From: Camelus ferus
Taxonomy: Eukaryota
Reading direction: 5' to 3'
NCBI RefSeq assembly: GCF_009834535.1
Contig: NC_045696.1
Span: 86,182,001-86,246,000, forward strand
Length of the DNA stretch: 64,000 bases
Of the stretch, positions 40,758 to 55,989 are shown piece by piece (the stretch's first letter is position 1; the number at the start of each line of letters is the position of its first letter). The notes beneath the pieces were generated by a model. The model was not told the DNA's origin and did no database searches. It saw nothing but the letters and a program-made list of their open reading frames with translations. The position numbers and the translations under genes are program-made.

Positions 40758-43700
40758 ATGGCCAACTGTTAAACCATGCAGAAATAAAGTTATTTGCTTC
40801 TCCTTCCTTAAGGAATATAAAAGTTGTGGGTGTCAAGAAAAAAAAAGGAAAATATCATTGACAAGAAAAATACTTCATCAGTGTGCTCTCAAATATAAAT
40901 TCTGATACGCTCCTGCAAATACAGACACTAGATTAAGCACTAGTAGTAGGAGAATCTAGAGAATTTAATCTCTCCATGCATTTATATTCTTGTTGTAAAA
41001 GAAGGAGGCTAGAAAAACAACACACTTGTGAAGTTTGTATATTATAGCCCTATACACATTAAAAATCTAATCTCTTAATTCATGTGAATAAACTTAATGA
41101 CACAAGGTCATCCAACTAATTTTTGAGCTGTGAATATTCAGCTAAAAGTATACAAATATGTGAATTCCATTAAGATTTTCTGATTAATATAGAGATGAGG
41201 TGTATAACTAAGGAAAAGCCATGATGATATAAATGGAAAATTTCTCAGTGAGAGTTGACAGATTTCTATATCTGAATCTCAGGTGTTTTAAAGGTACAAT
41301 TATTGGAGCAACAGTGACAGAGAGCTGTGGCACTTCTGCAGTCTAATCACAATATGTTGATATTCTCAAGTAACTTTGTAGTTGATGACAGTATCACAAC
41401 CAGCCAGAGATGGTCATCAAAAAAAAAAAAATTTAGTAGAGAACTTAAAACCTATTCAGCATTTATTTTAATTCTTGGATGTTTTTCTCTCTTTAAACTA
41501 AAATATCTTTTATAATCTATGAACAGTACTTCAATGTCTTATTTTCCTTATTATAATGGCCAGCCATAAATTCTATCTATTAAGAGCACTATTAAAATGT
41601 TTTGAATCAGAAACACTTTTAAAAGCTTTAACAAATACATGAAAATACCCCAAATATTTATATCTGGAAAACTGTCCATTTTCACACTGTAGTAGGAATG
41701 TTCTTTGAATTATCTCAACACAAGATCAAAACTTTTAATAAATTTACAGTCTTTGGAGTAATATCCCTCTCCTGTTCTAGGAAACATACTTTTACATTGT
41801 GTGTTTTAAAAAAAGTGAATTCATTTATGAGTGTCTGCCATTTACCTATTTAATGACTATAAGATATCAAGGAAGCCAGAGTGGTGGAAGGGAGTAAGCA
41901 AATGAGGCGATTCAGTTGAGGTAACCAAATCTCTATTAATGAGCCTTCAGTTTTTCCCTTAGTGATATGGAAAATGATTATAATTCAGTTTCAAGCAATA
42001 GAATTTCTTTATTCTTTTCCAAACAGCCCTAAGCAGCATGACCTATCCCAACATCTGGGAGAACTTACCAGAAAATGTGGGCCACTTCCCACCCCATCAT
42101 ACATCACCAACCACACAAGAATACTAAAATAAAGAAGCAGTCCCATGAAAATAAAATCAGTTGCAGAAATAGAAGAATAAAAAATAATTTACAAATATCA
42201 CTGATCTAAGTGACAAGTCAAAAATCCTAGTAGAATATCCAGAAATAATGACATATGGGTATAAGAAACAGATTAGGATCTATTCCCCTATTTACTAAAA
42301 GCTGTATCCTAACACAAAGGCAGAAGAGGATTCTTGAGCTTGATTATGTGATGGATAATATGAATTATATGTGTAAGAATGAGTTGGTTACTCTGTGGTG
42401 AAGAGACTGCGTGGGGCTACAGACAGGAGCAGAGAGACTTGCTAGGAGGTAAGAGAAGATGGTGACTTGGATATGATAAAAATGATCTGAACATTCAAAT
42501 TCAGCACATATTTGAAGTGAGAGCCCACAGCACTGGTTGACAGATTGGATGCGGGAGAGAAAATTGTGTGACTTTCTTTCTACAAATAATCATGTTTTGG
42601 ACTACACAACAAATTGTAGATCTGAAAAACTGGTGATGCTTGGCTCCTAGTAATTTGCCCATCTTCATCAGAATTATCTCAGGAAGTGCTTGCACATGAA
42701 ACTGTAGGTTGGACGAAAACTGCTAAGGCTACAGTGAGAAGGGTGGAATATGAAGATTAACACAGAGTGATCACGTTCTATTTTTTTCTTGGTTCAAAGG
42801 CCAAAATTGGATTCATACTTCCTTTTTTTTTAAAAAAAGACAATTAATACCCTTTAAAAATATTATTTTGTTTAATACACTTAAATTATTACATCTTTTA
42901 AGGGCTTTTGAAAAAAACTTATGTGTTCATAGATGCTCTACAGCGTTTCACAAAAAATACATGATTTCATTTCAAATTATTAGTTGATTAAAGTGATGTC
43001 CACTGAAGTGAAAAAACAAAATTTCTTGCAACTTTTGAGACTTGCAGAAATTGAAAAAAAAAAAAGAAGTAACACATGGATTTTTTTTTTTAACTCACTC
43101 CTTAGTAAATGTTTTATAACCCACATAGGAATGTTAAATCTCCTCATATAGGTTTTCTTTCAGTGAAAGAAGTTAAAGTATCCATTATTCAATTTTACAG
43201 CCTCTTGCATCCAACAAAATATGATTTGTAGGATTGCACCAGGCTATTTTATGTATACATGTAATTCTCTTCAATCCACCAATTTCTAAAGTATAGTCCA
43301 AGAGAAATATTTTATTTGAACTCTTAAGTGTGGGAATTTAATATACTGTATTAAACTATTTAAAAGATGGGAAAGAAAGAAAGTTCCCCAAATTTTATTT
43401 TGAAAATAGTTCTTCATATGGCAAAAAATTCTAATTTTGTGAATCAGCTTAAAAATATTTGTCTTTGTTTGTAGTAGCCACATCATCTGCATATAAATTA
43501 AAAATAAATGCTGCCACTTTTTATGAATGCAATTTCCTACATCCTTACAAATAAACATATTCAGGCCAATGCATGCACCATAAAATCTTGGTGTGTTAAA
43601 ATTAACAACTTCTGCAACATTTCAAGAACAAGACTAAAGTTTATTTAAACCTAAATGTCTGATTAAATATGGTGTTTCACCTATTTTTAGACAATTAAAA

Positions 43701-45013
43701 TATCTAATGTCTTGGTAGAATCAGGTTTTATAAATGGGGAATTAAGAGTTTAACTTTTCATATTTTTCAGTCAGTTTTCAATACCTTGTCTTACAGAATA
43801 AATAGTATTAAAATCCTTTTAAAAATAAAGCTTCTATAGTCAATTTTTATCAGTTCAATTCATCATATTTATACATATTATCAATTAAGTGTAACTTGAC
43901 AATGATAATCCTTTCTCTATACTTGTTTAGATCTACTTTAGAATTAATACAGAATTTTTAAAAGCAGATTTATTTAAAAGATAATATCTCCTATTGTCTT
44001 AGGAGACAAAATAATGTCAGTCCATTTTAGATTTTTCTTTCAAAATACCTCAAGATAGTTTTTCATTTAGATTGCTTGTAAACCAGATTTCTACTCTGAT
44101 TCACTATTAAACCATTAGCAGAACAATTTCAATTTTCAGAATAAAGGAGAGAAAATACTCTGGTTAAAATTTTGGAAACATCTCCTTAAATCAAACGTAG
44201 TCTTAGATTCTATAAGGCCTGATGATACATTTAATTACATTGCAGGTTTATATGGTTTTTAATTTCATGAACTCATGAAAGAACATCTGGTTTGCTATAC
44301 TAAAATCATATTTTTATTTCCCCTTTCTTCTGTAATGGAGTTGATTTAATGGTGGCAGTTTTTGCTTTTATACTGATGGACTATTTTACCTTGTCATATA
44401 CCTTGTCATACACCATATGGTGCCTAGGTGACAATGATGCAGTATTTAAAAAATGAATTGTGACAACCAATTGATTTAATATCTGACATCTTAAATTAGG
44501 TTAGTCAGCAATGAAGCTTTTTTAGAGCTCACTTTTTGTAAACTCGATTCCTTATTGATACTGTTACTTATTCTTTTCTTTCAGGTACCTAATCATCTCT
44601 TTATCCAACAACATGGTAGAGGATCATGTGATTTAGTGATAGCTTCAACTTGACTTTCTTTATATATGTATACATAGCATAGATATGACATTTATATATT
44701 TTTGAAAGTTTTAAAATAAAACAAATTAAAATAAAAACCTTTCAACTCTTCATAACAATCTTCCTAATTTTTGGTTACTTGGTATTTCAGACACTCATGA
44801 ACTTACTTAATATTCTGTTCCATATCAAATAGTTTTATAGCTTTGATACAACATATTTATTATTATAACAAAAGATATGAAATGTTTTGATTTCCAGTTG
44901 CATTTAGAACACAGAAGCCCATAACCTAGTGTGAAATAAAGTTTTAGTCATTGTTTCCAATGATATAAGTTGTGCATTATGCTAGTTTCACTTTTTAAAA
45001 AATTAGTAATAAT

Positions 45014-45401
45014 GCTGTAGCAATTTATATTCCCACCAACAGTGTACAAGGGTATTCCTTTTCTCTATTATCCTTATCAGCTCTTGTTATCTTTTGTCTT
45101 CCTGATAAGAGCCAGTCTAAAAGGTGGCAGGTGATGTCTCATTGTAATTCTGATTTGCATTTCCCTGATGAGTGGTGAAGTTGAGCACTTTTTCATATGC
45201 CAGTTTGTCATTTGTGTGTCTCTTTAGGGAAATGCCTATTCAGATCCTTTGCTCATTTTTAAATCAGGTTATTTGATACAGCTATATGGAAAACAGTATG
45301 AAGGTTCCTCAAAAAATTAAAAGTAAAACTACTTTATGATCCAGCAATCCCTTTTCTGGGTGTATACCCAAAGGAAACGAAATCAGGATCTCAAAGAGAT
45401 C
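45014..45401. mobile_element. L1 ORF2 fragment with twin-priming-type inversion
   Basis: Antisense ORF2 at 45014-45274 joined to sense 'gatacagctatatggaaaacagtatgaaggttcctcaaaaaattaaa'. Confidence 0.85.
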
Positions 45402-47480
45402 CAGTGTTATAGTCATTAAGTCCAAATGTAGTCATGTTACAGGAAATTCCTCCTGAAACCCACTGCTGGGAAGATACATCTCTCCTTCTGTGTAGAGGTA
45501 GTGAAATTCTCTTTCACAGTACTGCATTAGCTAACTAGATATGTATTGTTAAAACTGAGCTCTCATAAGGCAGAAAGTCTGATGACTTACTTTCTATATA
45601 AACCGTCTGAATGCCCTGATAAGTATCTGAGAAGAAAAACATTCCCTAAAATTTAACAGGGGAACTCAGAATGAACAGGTGAAAGTCAACAGAGGTATTC
45701 AGAGAGAACATGGGAAATATTTAACTCACGACTCTTAGAGGAACATGAGATTCAGTTGGAAGTTTCTGTTCCTTTCCTGCCCTCTTTATTGTTCTGTAGC
45801 CCCCAGGAGCTGGCGGCTTTCTCCAGTTCTCAAGGTCCTCCCTGAGGTACAGAACAGCACTGAGTAGTTTCCCGCAGTGGCATCAGCTTCCATTCCAATG
45901 CACAATAAGATTATTTAGGATTCACCTCAAATTCACTGACTCTTAAAAGCTTTTGCTGGTAAGACTGGAGTATCTGTGTTTATAAAAACTTAGGTCATGG
46001 GAAATTTATGCCCTTGGCAAAGAATCTTCAGTTTAGAATTTTTTTCTGCTTACTTCTAACTCAAAATGTACTCATTTACTGTCTGTTAATGCCACAGCTT
46101 GCTATTTGCCAAAGCCCAGTTGCAATAAAGATGAATCTGTACCAATGTGCTTCCCCTCTAAGGTGATGCATTAAAAGTCCATTTTCTTGGAAACACCATT
46201 AAGGAACAACATTAACTGACAGAAATTTAGGCACTGTGGAAATATAATGAGGCAGATAGTTTAGGCCAGGTGATTCTTTTAAGGTTCCTGAAAATACAGC
46301 ACATGGACAGCTATCATTCTGCCTTATATAGGCTCTAAATATCACCCATGTGGAACGATTTAGTTTCTCTCTGCCAGGGGCATTCAGAAGAAACTCTTGG
46401 GTTAAAAAAAGTTAAAATGACATAAATGCCTTCCACTCTTGCCTTTCAATTTCAAATGCCAGTCAGAGTAAAGGTAGATGAGTGTGAATCTTTTCAAGCA
46501 AAATCATGCTGCAAAATAATTTTCCTGCATGATACTCATAGAAGTATTAATGAGATGAATATATATATGATGGATAGTTTCTGATAGGCAATGCATGGCT
46601 TACACAAGTTAATAAATTTAAAGAGATGTATTCATTAGACAAAATTAAATAACCTGATAGAGTTTTAAAATGAGACACTTAGAGTGAAATAAAAATCTAA
46701 AATCATATTGAAATATATAGTACATTTACATCAAATATTTGCAAAAACTTATATTTGTGGCCAAAATTCATTGCTTTGCAATGCCTCTCTAGATTATGAA
46801 TAGAAAAGGCTTCACACAATTTGTTTTCTTATGTTACACATTTATACCCTTGCGTCCAAAGTAAACAAAGAGTAAATCTCTTTCTTGAAGTTTAGAAATT
46901 TGCTAATTCTGGAGAGACAAAATTTTAACAATAAAGATGACTCATGTGTATGCATATTATTAAACATAATGTAAACTTTCAATCGGGAGTAAGAGTTGAG
47001 ATTTTATTTAGGAGAGACAAAGTATATGCAAAATTTTGATGAATATGATGAATATTGTATAATCATAACAATACAAATATTATTTTTTGACATTTCCAGG
47101 TATGAATCTGGAAAGACATTTTGGAAGAGGGAATTTGCATCTGACCATCAAATTAGGAATGGTGTCTATATTGGTAGAAATTTGATGTTTGTAGATGGAG
47201 GGAAAATTCTGCAGAGATACATAAGTGAAATATCGTGTTAACTTCAGAGGTATATGAAGTGGCTTTGGTATTGGGTAAATAAAAGTGAATGAAGACATAT
47301 GGGTGACAGGGAGAGATATTTGATTTGGACATTGGTTCATGATGCCAACCCAACAATGAAACATTTAAAATCCTACTCTGTCTGGATCATGCAGATTCAC
47401 TACTAGTAAGTAAATCATATATTTGGAAAATACCTTGGGCTCTTTAGGATTGACTCTCATGCTACTTGCTATATGTGTAA

Positions 47481-47605
47481 AGTAACCATGTATCTTGGTT
47501 TACCTGGGACAGTTCTGATGTACATCCATATGGTCAGATAGATAATTATTAATAGTTTTTCTTTCCCTCTCAAGCATATACTGGTTTGTATGATATCTTT
47601 ATCAC
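47481..47605. mobile_element. MER94-like hAT MITE
   Basis: 'gtaaccatgtatcttggtttacctgggacagtt..ataattattaatag..ccctctcaa' resembles recalled MER94. Confidence 0.6.
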
Positions 47606-50081
47606 AGGGTTTGTTGAATTTCTTAGTTTCAGTTTCCTTAGCTTAAATATGGATAATTGTCCTAACTACAATGTGACATTGTCATGAGCAGTAAACGATA
47701 TAGTGCCTGCAGGGCACTTAGCTCGGTGACTTGAATAGAGCAAACAATCGATAACTTAGTTATTATAATTTAATCATTAATTTAAAAAATGATGCCAAAG
47801 GTTCAGTTGATTCAAAAATCAGTTGAAATGCTAAGCATTTAAATGATTTTTAAACTTCTAATTGACAAGAATATTGACTGTTATACATAAGCCAGTAATT
47901 GCAAAAAATTTTGTTTTCTCTCATTCAATCACACATACACACAAAATCTATGAGAAATTATCTTCTAGTGACACTATGCATTGAATATTATTCTAATAAA
48001 TGGAAAAGTTTATTCTTACCTCCCAATTGATCACTTAAATATATGTAGCTCTATGGGAGAATATAAGTCAAGAAATATAAACAGGTAATCAAAATGACAG
48101 TGATGCAGCATGTCTAATCTGTTTTCTCAGATACAAATTGAATTCTTTGATAAAAGCAATGTATAGCCTGCACTGACTTTTAAGGGTATTTAATGAATCT
48201 TTTCAGTCCTTTCATAAATGACACCATACAAAGATTTCCTAAACCCAAACCAATCAAAGTGTTATCTTTAGCATGATACTTTATATGTTTCAGTACAAAG
48301 ATGATTTCTAGATTCGTGAAGACATTAACATATAACCAGCTAAGGAATAAAGCTCTCCACCAGCTAATAAACTCCTGCCATGTAACAGAACATATACAAA
48401 GGTTTTCTGGGATAAGGACATGGACATATTTAGGAATCCATTATTTTGCCGACCACAGTTGTAAATTAAACAGTCTTCCAGGAAGTATTTTGTTTATTTT
48501 GCTTTCACTCATAATATGATCAAGTTGATAACCCAACTGGGTGTTTCAGCTGCTGCTGCTGAGGACTCTACATGTCTTGAGAGAAACTAACCTGATTCTC
48601 TTCCTCTGCAGGTCTTTGATCCAATTACACTTCCTATGAAAACACATCCAGAGCCTGGTGAGATTTGGGCTATAAAAATCATCATTCATTTTATAATATC
48701 ACTTTGATACATTTTAGTACACACAGGTAAGGCATTTCCAGGTTAGAGATCAGAATGTCTTGTAGAGAAACAAGAGTCAAAAATAGAGTCATACGCTAAG
48801 AATACTCATGAGCCAGTAAATTGTAGGAAGGTCTGGTTGGAAAAATATAATACTCACCATATAACAAGAGATTGCTGGCATGTCTAGTCCAGCAGGCAAT
48901 GTCAGGAGATCCAACTGAGAGAAATTGGGTGTCTCTACAAAAATCATAGTAAGGAATTCAGAAGTCAAGGCCAAAAGCATTAAGAGATTCAAACAGACCA
49001 GACAGGCAGTTGCATCAGAGATGTTTATATGCTCTTATCAGGGTCTACAGATCAGAGTGGGTCCGTGCAGGGAACTTTAGAGGTAGTTGCAAGTTCCAGA
49101 CGAAATGGCTTACGATAGGCAACCAAAATAGGGACTGTTAGTAGAGGAACTTCTATTTTCTAAAAGTGAGAGTAAAATTTGGGAAAATGGAAAAAGTAAA
49201 AACCCAAATATTGAAAGTGAGACCCTAAATCAGAACAATTCCAGCAATATACAGTGCCCACTGCATCCTGAGTAGTGGGTTAAAATTAATTAACTTCGTC
49301 CAGTTTAAGTCAAATACATTTGAGAGACAGAAGTTAAACTGCAGCTTATTCCAAGAATGGTAGATTGGGAGTATTTAAAAAAACAGATCTTCTGGGAATA
49401 AAAGGCTGCAACTAGAATCTCAAACAGAAATTTCACTTTAGGCATAGTATACCTTATATTATCATTGTTTTGTTTACTTATTTTGTTTACAAATTATAAC
49501 TTTCAGAGCAGTAGCCAAGTCTTTTTCATCTCAATATTATAGTATCCAGGACAATGATTATTCATGCAAGGCAGATGTTTGTAATCTTTCAGTTTGTCCA
49601 TAGATATTGTACCTCTCCTAATCACTTTTTTCCATATTAGGTGGTTAATTAAACATACATTGGCCCGACTTTTAACCATGGGTTGCTGAAGACAATTAGT
49701 GATATCTAAATATAAGAATTCCAGGACAGAGAGGAGAGACCATGGCAAACTTGTAAAGATATTATTTGAGGATAAAAAGAACTTTTAGGATTTGCTTATT
49801 CGTGATTATTAGGCCACCTCTTTTTATTTCAGCTATGCCTGAAGTTTATTTATTCTCTGTCACCTGAGTTCTTCAAATTTGAAAAATCATATATTTACTA
49901 TCTGCTATTTTCTAATCCTCTGCTAGTTGCTCTAACTTGGGAGTGGTTCACTCTGTTTCTCCTTATGTAATTTCATATATTTGCTTGTCAATCCAACTCT
50001 TTTTTTTTTTCTTAAACAAATACAATTTTACTTGCTCTACTAGACTTTTTCTGTCATAGTACAGTTTAATACATATTAAAT

Positions 50082-50263
50082 ATTTATTTTTTATTGAGAT
50101 ATAACTGACACATAACATTGTATTAGTTTGAGGTGTACAGCACGATTTGATGTATGTGTATATTGTGAAACAATCACCACAATAACTACTTAACATCCCT
50201 CACTGCACATAGTTAGCACCTTTTCTTTCTTGTGATAAGAACTTTTAAGATCTACTCTTTTAG
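50082..50263 (-). mobile_element. L1MA-type 3' terminal fragment
   Basis: 'ttttattgagatataactgacacataacattgtattagtttgaggtgtacagc..aagatctactcttttag'. Confidence 0.85.
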
Positions 50264-53200
50264 TACAGTATATATTTTAACCTGTATCAACAAAAGTCCA
50301 ATTATTTAATTATTTCCCCCTTGTACTGATCTTTTAATATCCTGGGCCTTATATCCATTCTGGTTCCAAGACAGATGAGAGAAAGATAGGTAGGTAGACA
50401 GATAGCTAACTAGATATAGATTCATTCATTGTATAAATGTACCAGAAATCTCCAAAATGTAAAATAATACTTGTGCATATGGATGACCTAACCCTCACTC
50501 TCCAGGGACTTATAATCTAAACAATACTGGAAAGCATATAGATATAGAACAAGTACATAAAAAAGAAAAGCACATGATGAAATGAGATACATTTAGAATA
50601 TAAAAGCTTTTCCTTTTGGTTTACCACATACTTCCTTTTGCTTTAGGATATTTGATCCTCACCATCTCCTAATGTACCCTTGTAACTTCTTTTTAAGGTA
50701 AGATAATGACATCAGCTAGTAAATGGCAGAGATAAAATTCAGACTGTCATTTAACTACAATGTGTGTGCTCTCTCATAAATATCTATTAATTGTGTAGAA
50801 GGAGAAAAATAGTATGCGAGGCTCAGAAGAATGTAAGCTTATTGGTTTATTTACTGATGTAGCAGAAAGTAATTCAACAAAGACATGCCACTTGACTTAG
50901 GCTTTAAAAAGTGGATGTAATCTGGATACTGGGAATTATATAGGCATTCCAGGTACAGAACAGTATAAGCAAAGGCATAGAGATGAAAGTTAGCTCAGTG
51001 TGTTGCTGGAACAGTAAAAAGCAAGTGCAAAATCCTGATTGAATCATTCTACCCCATATTTGTTTATTTCAAATTCAGTGCTAAACCTTTATCCAATTGT
51101 CCTATCAGGTCCGGAATTACTTTCAGAGGAGACAAATTACTTTTACCTAGAATAGAGTTTCAGAACTTAATGCCAGAGTGGTTTGTTTTCCTTCATTTGT
51201 AAACAGTACTGTGTCCTGAGGAAGGAATATTGGATCCACACTTTATGTGGGAATATATTAGATTTTTAAATTACATGGTGGTGTATATGTCACACTCCAG
51301 CAGGCTCATTCCTGAAAGGATAAAATTAGTCATGGAGAGAACACTTCCACTAGAAACACAAATGCCTGATGAATATACAAGGGTAAATAAGTGAAATATA
51401 TCTTGCTGAAATGAAGACGGAACTCAAATTATACAGCCTATCAAGGAGACAGAAAAGGCTTCTCAAAATTCATTATTTATTATGGAACTGTACAAATGGT
51501 CATCTTTTATTGTACAATCTAGCTTTTATTTCATTTGCCACGAGGGTGGCCATCAGCAAAATGTCTATTTTGACATATACCACCCAAGTGTGAAAGGAAC
51601 CTTTGCTTCAATCCTTTATTTAAGAACAGCCTGGTGTTTTTAATTGGCTAGTGCTGCCTTAAAATCTGCAGTCTCCAAAAGGATATAATACTTCTAAAAA
51701 ATAGCTTTGTTTTAATTTCTTCCATTTTACTGCAGCTTAATATGAAATCTGTCTTGCATCCCAGTTGTAATTAGTGACTATAATCAGTGTAAAAATTTGG
51801 TAGTTGCAGCTGCAGTATGCTAGATCTGTGAACATTTTGAATATTATAAAAATATTATTCCCAAATCAAAAAGAGATATGAGTGCCAAATACAGTTGATA
51901 TGGAGAAGCTGATTTCCAAAAATATTTCTGGTAACTATAAATGTTCAAATATTTATTTAGCTAATTTTTATTTTGCTCTATTTTGTAATTTCTCCATTCA
52001 GTTTCTAACAAAATAATCAGGTACTTTTTTTGTTCCTATTCAGCACATTAGATAAAAACAGTCATTGTACTGCTGAGAAAACAAATAATTGAGACATTTG
52101 GATAGTTTCCAGTTTAATTATCTGCTTTTAAAATTAGAAATATAGACTATAAATTATTTTAAAATTTCACTTATGTTTAAAGATGCATTTCAGTTGAACA
52201 TTGAGAAAGATGAAGAGAATAGTAATAGGAGACGTCCTCAGTAACTGATTCTGGGACCTAAAATTCAGTTTCTGGTAAACTGTATTTGTTATATTCAGTT
52301 GTTGTGGATACCTGAAAAGATTATGTATTCTTTTTTTTTTTTACTTACTTTGAAATATTTATAAGTTATCTTATGTTTTAGAATCACTCTTTCTACATAA
52401 GAAAGATTTTCCATATTTTCAAACTAACAACCTAAAAATGATCAAAGAAATAAATGTTTATTCTGTATGAAAGTATGAACATTGTGTAGGTACCAAGTGC
52501 ACTTATTTATAAAATTTAGACCTTGTGCATTGTAAAGTATTGCCAATCTTCAAGTCCCCCAGCCATTCAAAACTTTTAATTACCTTTTTTATTTTTTTGA
52601 AAGAGTAAACCAGCCTCGTGGTTACATGAATTACTAAGACTGCACTTAACATTTTTTCTTAAGTTTAACTCTTGTATTTTGCTGTGAAGCGCTTAGCACA
52701 GAGCTGTCACCTACCACAAAACTGCACATTCCCAGCTTTACCTTGAGACTCAAAGGAGTCTCAAAACAGAAGAAAAACCAAAGGAAGTCACCACCAGTAA
52801 AAGGTCCTCTTACACTTCTTAGATATTTAGACACTTCCTCACTGAGATTATCCTTTGAGCTCAGATACATGGCAAAAGGACCAGATTCCAATCAGGGCTG
52901 CAATATACAACATGGTTCAAATCATCTGGAACAGATGTATTTGTTATTGTTAAATATACTGAGGTTTGGGGTGAGATTGGGAAAAGAAGTAATTCTGCCA
53001 CCTTTATTTTTAAGTTACTAGGGATCAAAAAAATGAAGCCTCAAATTTCCAAGTCTCTCTACATCAAATATTAGTTTATGAGAGTTATTCAATTTGATTT
53101 TGTAGGAACCTGATTGTTAAAACAACATGTTATATATTACTAAGGCACCTCTTTCATATTTAAAAACATGATTATGTAATTATTGAATAAGTTCATATTC

Positions 53201-53280
53201 ATAAAAACAATACCTTGAAGATTTTTAATCATGTGTAACATTAAAAGTTTTTTGGAATTTTTTTGCTTTGTTATTTTGCA

Positions 53281-53649
53281 TACTATTATGAACTGAAAAT
53301 CTGTGTCTCCCTAAAATTCACATGTTGAAATTCTAATCCCTAATGTGATGTTATCAGGAAGTAGTGCCTTTGAGAGGTACTTAGGTCATGAAGGTGGAGC
53401 TCTCATGAATGGGATCACTGCCCTTAAAAAAAAGGACCCCAGAAAGATCTGTTTCCATTCTGCCATGTGAACATAAACTGAAAAGGTAGCCGTCAGTAAA
53501 CCGGAAAGAGGGCCTTGACCAGACACCATATTTGCTGGCACCTTGATCCTGGACTTGCCAGCCTCCAGACCTGGTGAAAAATATGTGTTTGTTGTTTAAG
53601 TCACCCAGGCTTTGGTAAGTTGGTATAGCAGCCTGAACTAACTAGGACA
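53281..53649 (+). mobile_element. MLT1A/MLT1A0 (MaLR) LTR
   Basis: 'aaaattcacatgttgaaattctaatccc..ggtggagctctcatgaatgggat..gctggcaccttgatcctggact..tatagcagcctgaactaactaggaca'. Confidence 0.9.
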
Positions 53650-54847
53650 CATCATCTTTGGAAATGTTTATGAAACTTAATATAAAAATACACTACTAAT
53701 ATTTTATTTAGATTATAAATAAAACATTTGGAAAGTCGAATAACATGTGAAAACCACATCAAATTAGCATAGACCTTGTGTCATCTCTAGAGTATGTTTA
53801 AAAAGTTTATATTTTAAATTTTATTTCTGTTATTTGTTAAAGTTGCATTACAGTATTTGTAAAATTTTATGCAGTTCTTTTTATCCTACTTATTAGAGTC
53901 TAAATATTTTTAAGAGAATTTTTTTTATGTTTTATTTTTATTTATTTATTTTAAAAATATTTTTTGAAAATATAATTTTAGGGGAAACTATTAATAAAAA
54001 CAAAAATACTTTATGATCACTATAAAAAATTAGAGAAATAGATGCAACAAAATTACTAACAAACTCAAAATTTAGGTACAGTAATTCAATTTGGTATACA
54101 AATGCAAACAATACAACTTTATTAACATCGAATAATATGCTTTTGTAATCTGCCTTATTGTTGGTTCACTTCTGTATCATAAGCCTATAATCATGATGTT
54201 TTATTATCTTTTAAAGTCATATTTTAATGATCATACAGTTTTTATTTAAGATACAATATTTTACATATATACATTGTTAAAAATTTAATATTTTTCTGAT
54301 TTTTTAATCATGAATAATTCTGAGATTAATATTTTTACTTATAAACTTTTGCCTACAGTTCTTTCACTGCAATAAATTTAAGAAGGGGAAATAATGGATC
54401 AAAATATATAAATTAAGGCTCTAAACATATAATATTAATTTGTCTTTCAGAAGAACTTTACCAAATTACATCTTTAACAGTATACTAAGGCACCAAACAA
54501 ACACTGGAGTGTTTCAAATTCATGTTTCCAGTGTTTCACATGATGAATATCTTCTTGTTGCATTAACTGAATTTTTTATTCTGAGACATGTTGAAAATTG
54601 CTTATCAACTGGTTTACTTCCATATTCTGATATGTTTTGTCAAGTCCTTGTCATAGGGTCTGTAGTATTTTGATATCACCACTCATAAATTATATATAAA
54701 ATAAAAACAACCTCTTTGTTATCACATTCTTTGCTATTTCTCTCCAAGATTATTTGGCACTTTAATTTTGTTATTTTTAATATACAGAAACTTTTATATT
54801 TAGCAAAATTTTAAATATTTTTACTATATTTGAATTGCCTCAATATT

Positions 54848-55167
54848 TGTTTATTTCTGAAGTATAGTCAGTTTACAGTGTGTCAATTTCTTGTGTACAA
54901 TATGTTTCAGTCATCCATATACATACATATATCCCTTTTCATATTCTTTTTCGTTGCAGATTACTGCAAGATATTGAATATAGTTTCCTGTGCTATACAG
55001 TAGAAACTTGTTGTTTATCTGTTTTATATATAGCAGTTAGTATCTGCAAATCTCCAGGTCCATCCACGTTGCTGCAAATGACTTTATTTTATTGTTTTTT
55101 ATGGCTGAGTAGTACTCCTTATATAAATATTCCACAACTTCTTTATCCAGTCATCTGTCGATGGATA
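54848..55167 (-). mobile_element. Young L1 3' end with internal deletion, nested in old L1ME sequence
   Basis: Homologous to the 5227 L1 3' UTR, but jumps from 'tatctgcaaatc' directly to 'tccaggtccatccacgttgctgcaaatg'. Confidence 0.8.
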
Positions 55168-55989
55168 TACATACTATATATTATGTAATATAAACTCTAT
55201 ATTATATAATAGTGACTATGTCAGGTGATTTTTCTGTTTCTCTGATCTATTTTTGTTAGTATTATATCAACATTTTCTTTATTCTTGTTTATAATTGCAT
55301 GTTCTAATACCTATAGGAATAACACCTATTTTTTCTTCTATTAATGTTTTTGAGATTACTCTCAATTTTTCTTCTATATAAAGTTTCTACTATTTGTAAA
55401 GTTAAAAGAAAATCCTCAAAACTATTTAATTAAAATAGATTGGAATTAATTTTGAAGATACTTATTTCTTTATGTTTTTCATATGCATATATGCCTCCCA
55501 TGTGTTTGTAATTTTTGCTTCTATTTTCTATGTTTCATATGTGATATTGCTCTAGTGTCAGAATATATAGACATATAGATAGATACAGACTTAGATATAT
55601 TCACAAATATCTTACCATCTATATTGTCAGGGAATATTCATTCCTGATGACTGACAGAGAAATGATATACATATAAACAAATAGATACAATATTACATGG
55701 TATATGTAATTACAAATGTATATGGAAAGTGCATAAAAGGTATTGTACATAGAGGCAGTATAACAGACTGTGAAATCAGAAAAAGTTTGAATTTCATGCT
55801 GTCTTTACTACGTCCTAACTTTGTAATATTAGGTAAGTTTTTAAATCTCTTAACCCTCAGTTTTTTCAACTCATATAACATTAGTATAGTAATATAATGT
55901 GTATAGAGTGCATAACATGGTTTTATGAATGCATGCTTTAAAGGTAGCAATGATGATGCAGATGATAATGACGACAGTGATGATGGTGA

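Noticed and set aside
52743..52764. Hairpin ttgagactc-aaag-gagtctcaa (also ttataaggaa..ttccttataa at 12543-12569)
   Set aside because: Stems of 9-10 bp can arise by chance in 64 kb of AT-rich DNA, and there is no supporting context.
105..55950. Remaining short ORFs in the six-frame track
   Set aside because: They are low-complexity, microsatellite-derived or repeat-derived, with no recognisable protein similarity beyond the L1 and Tigger remnants already listed.
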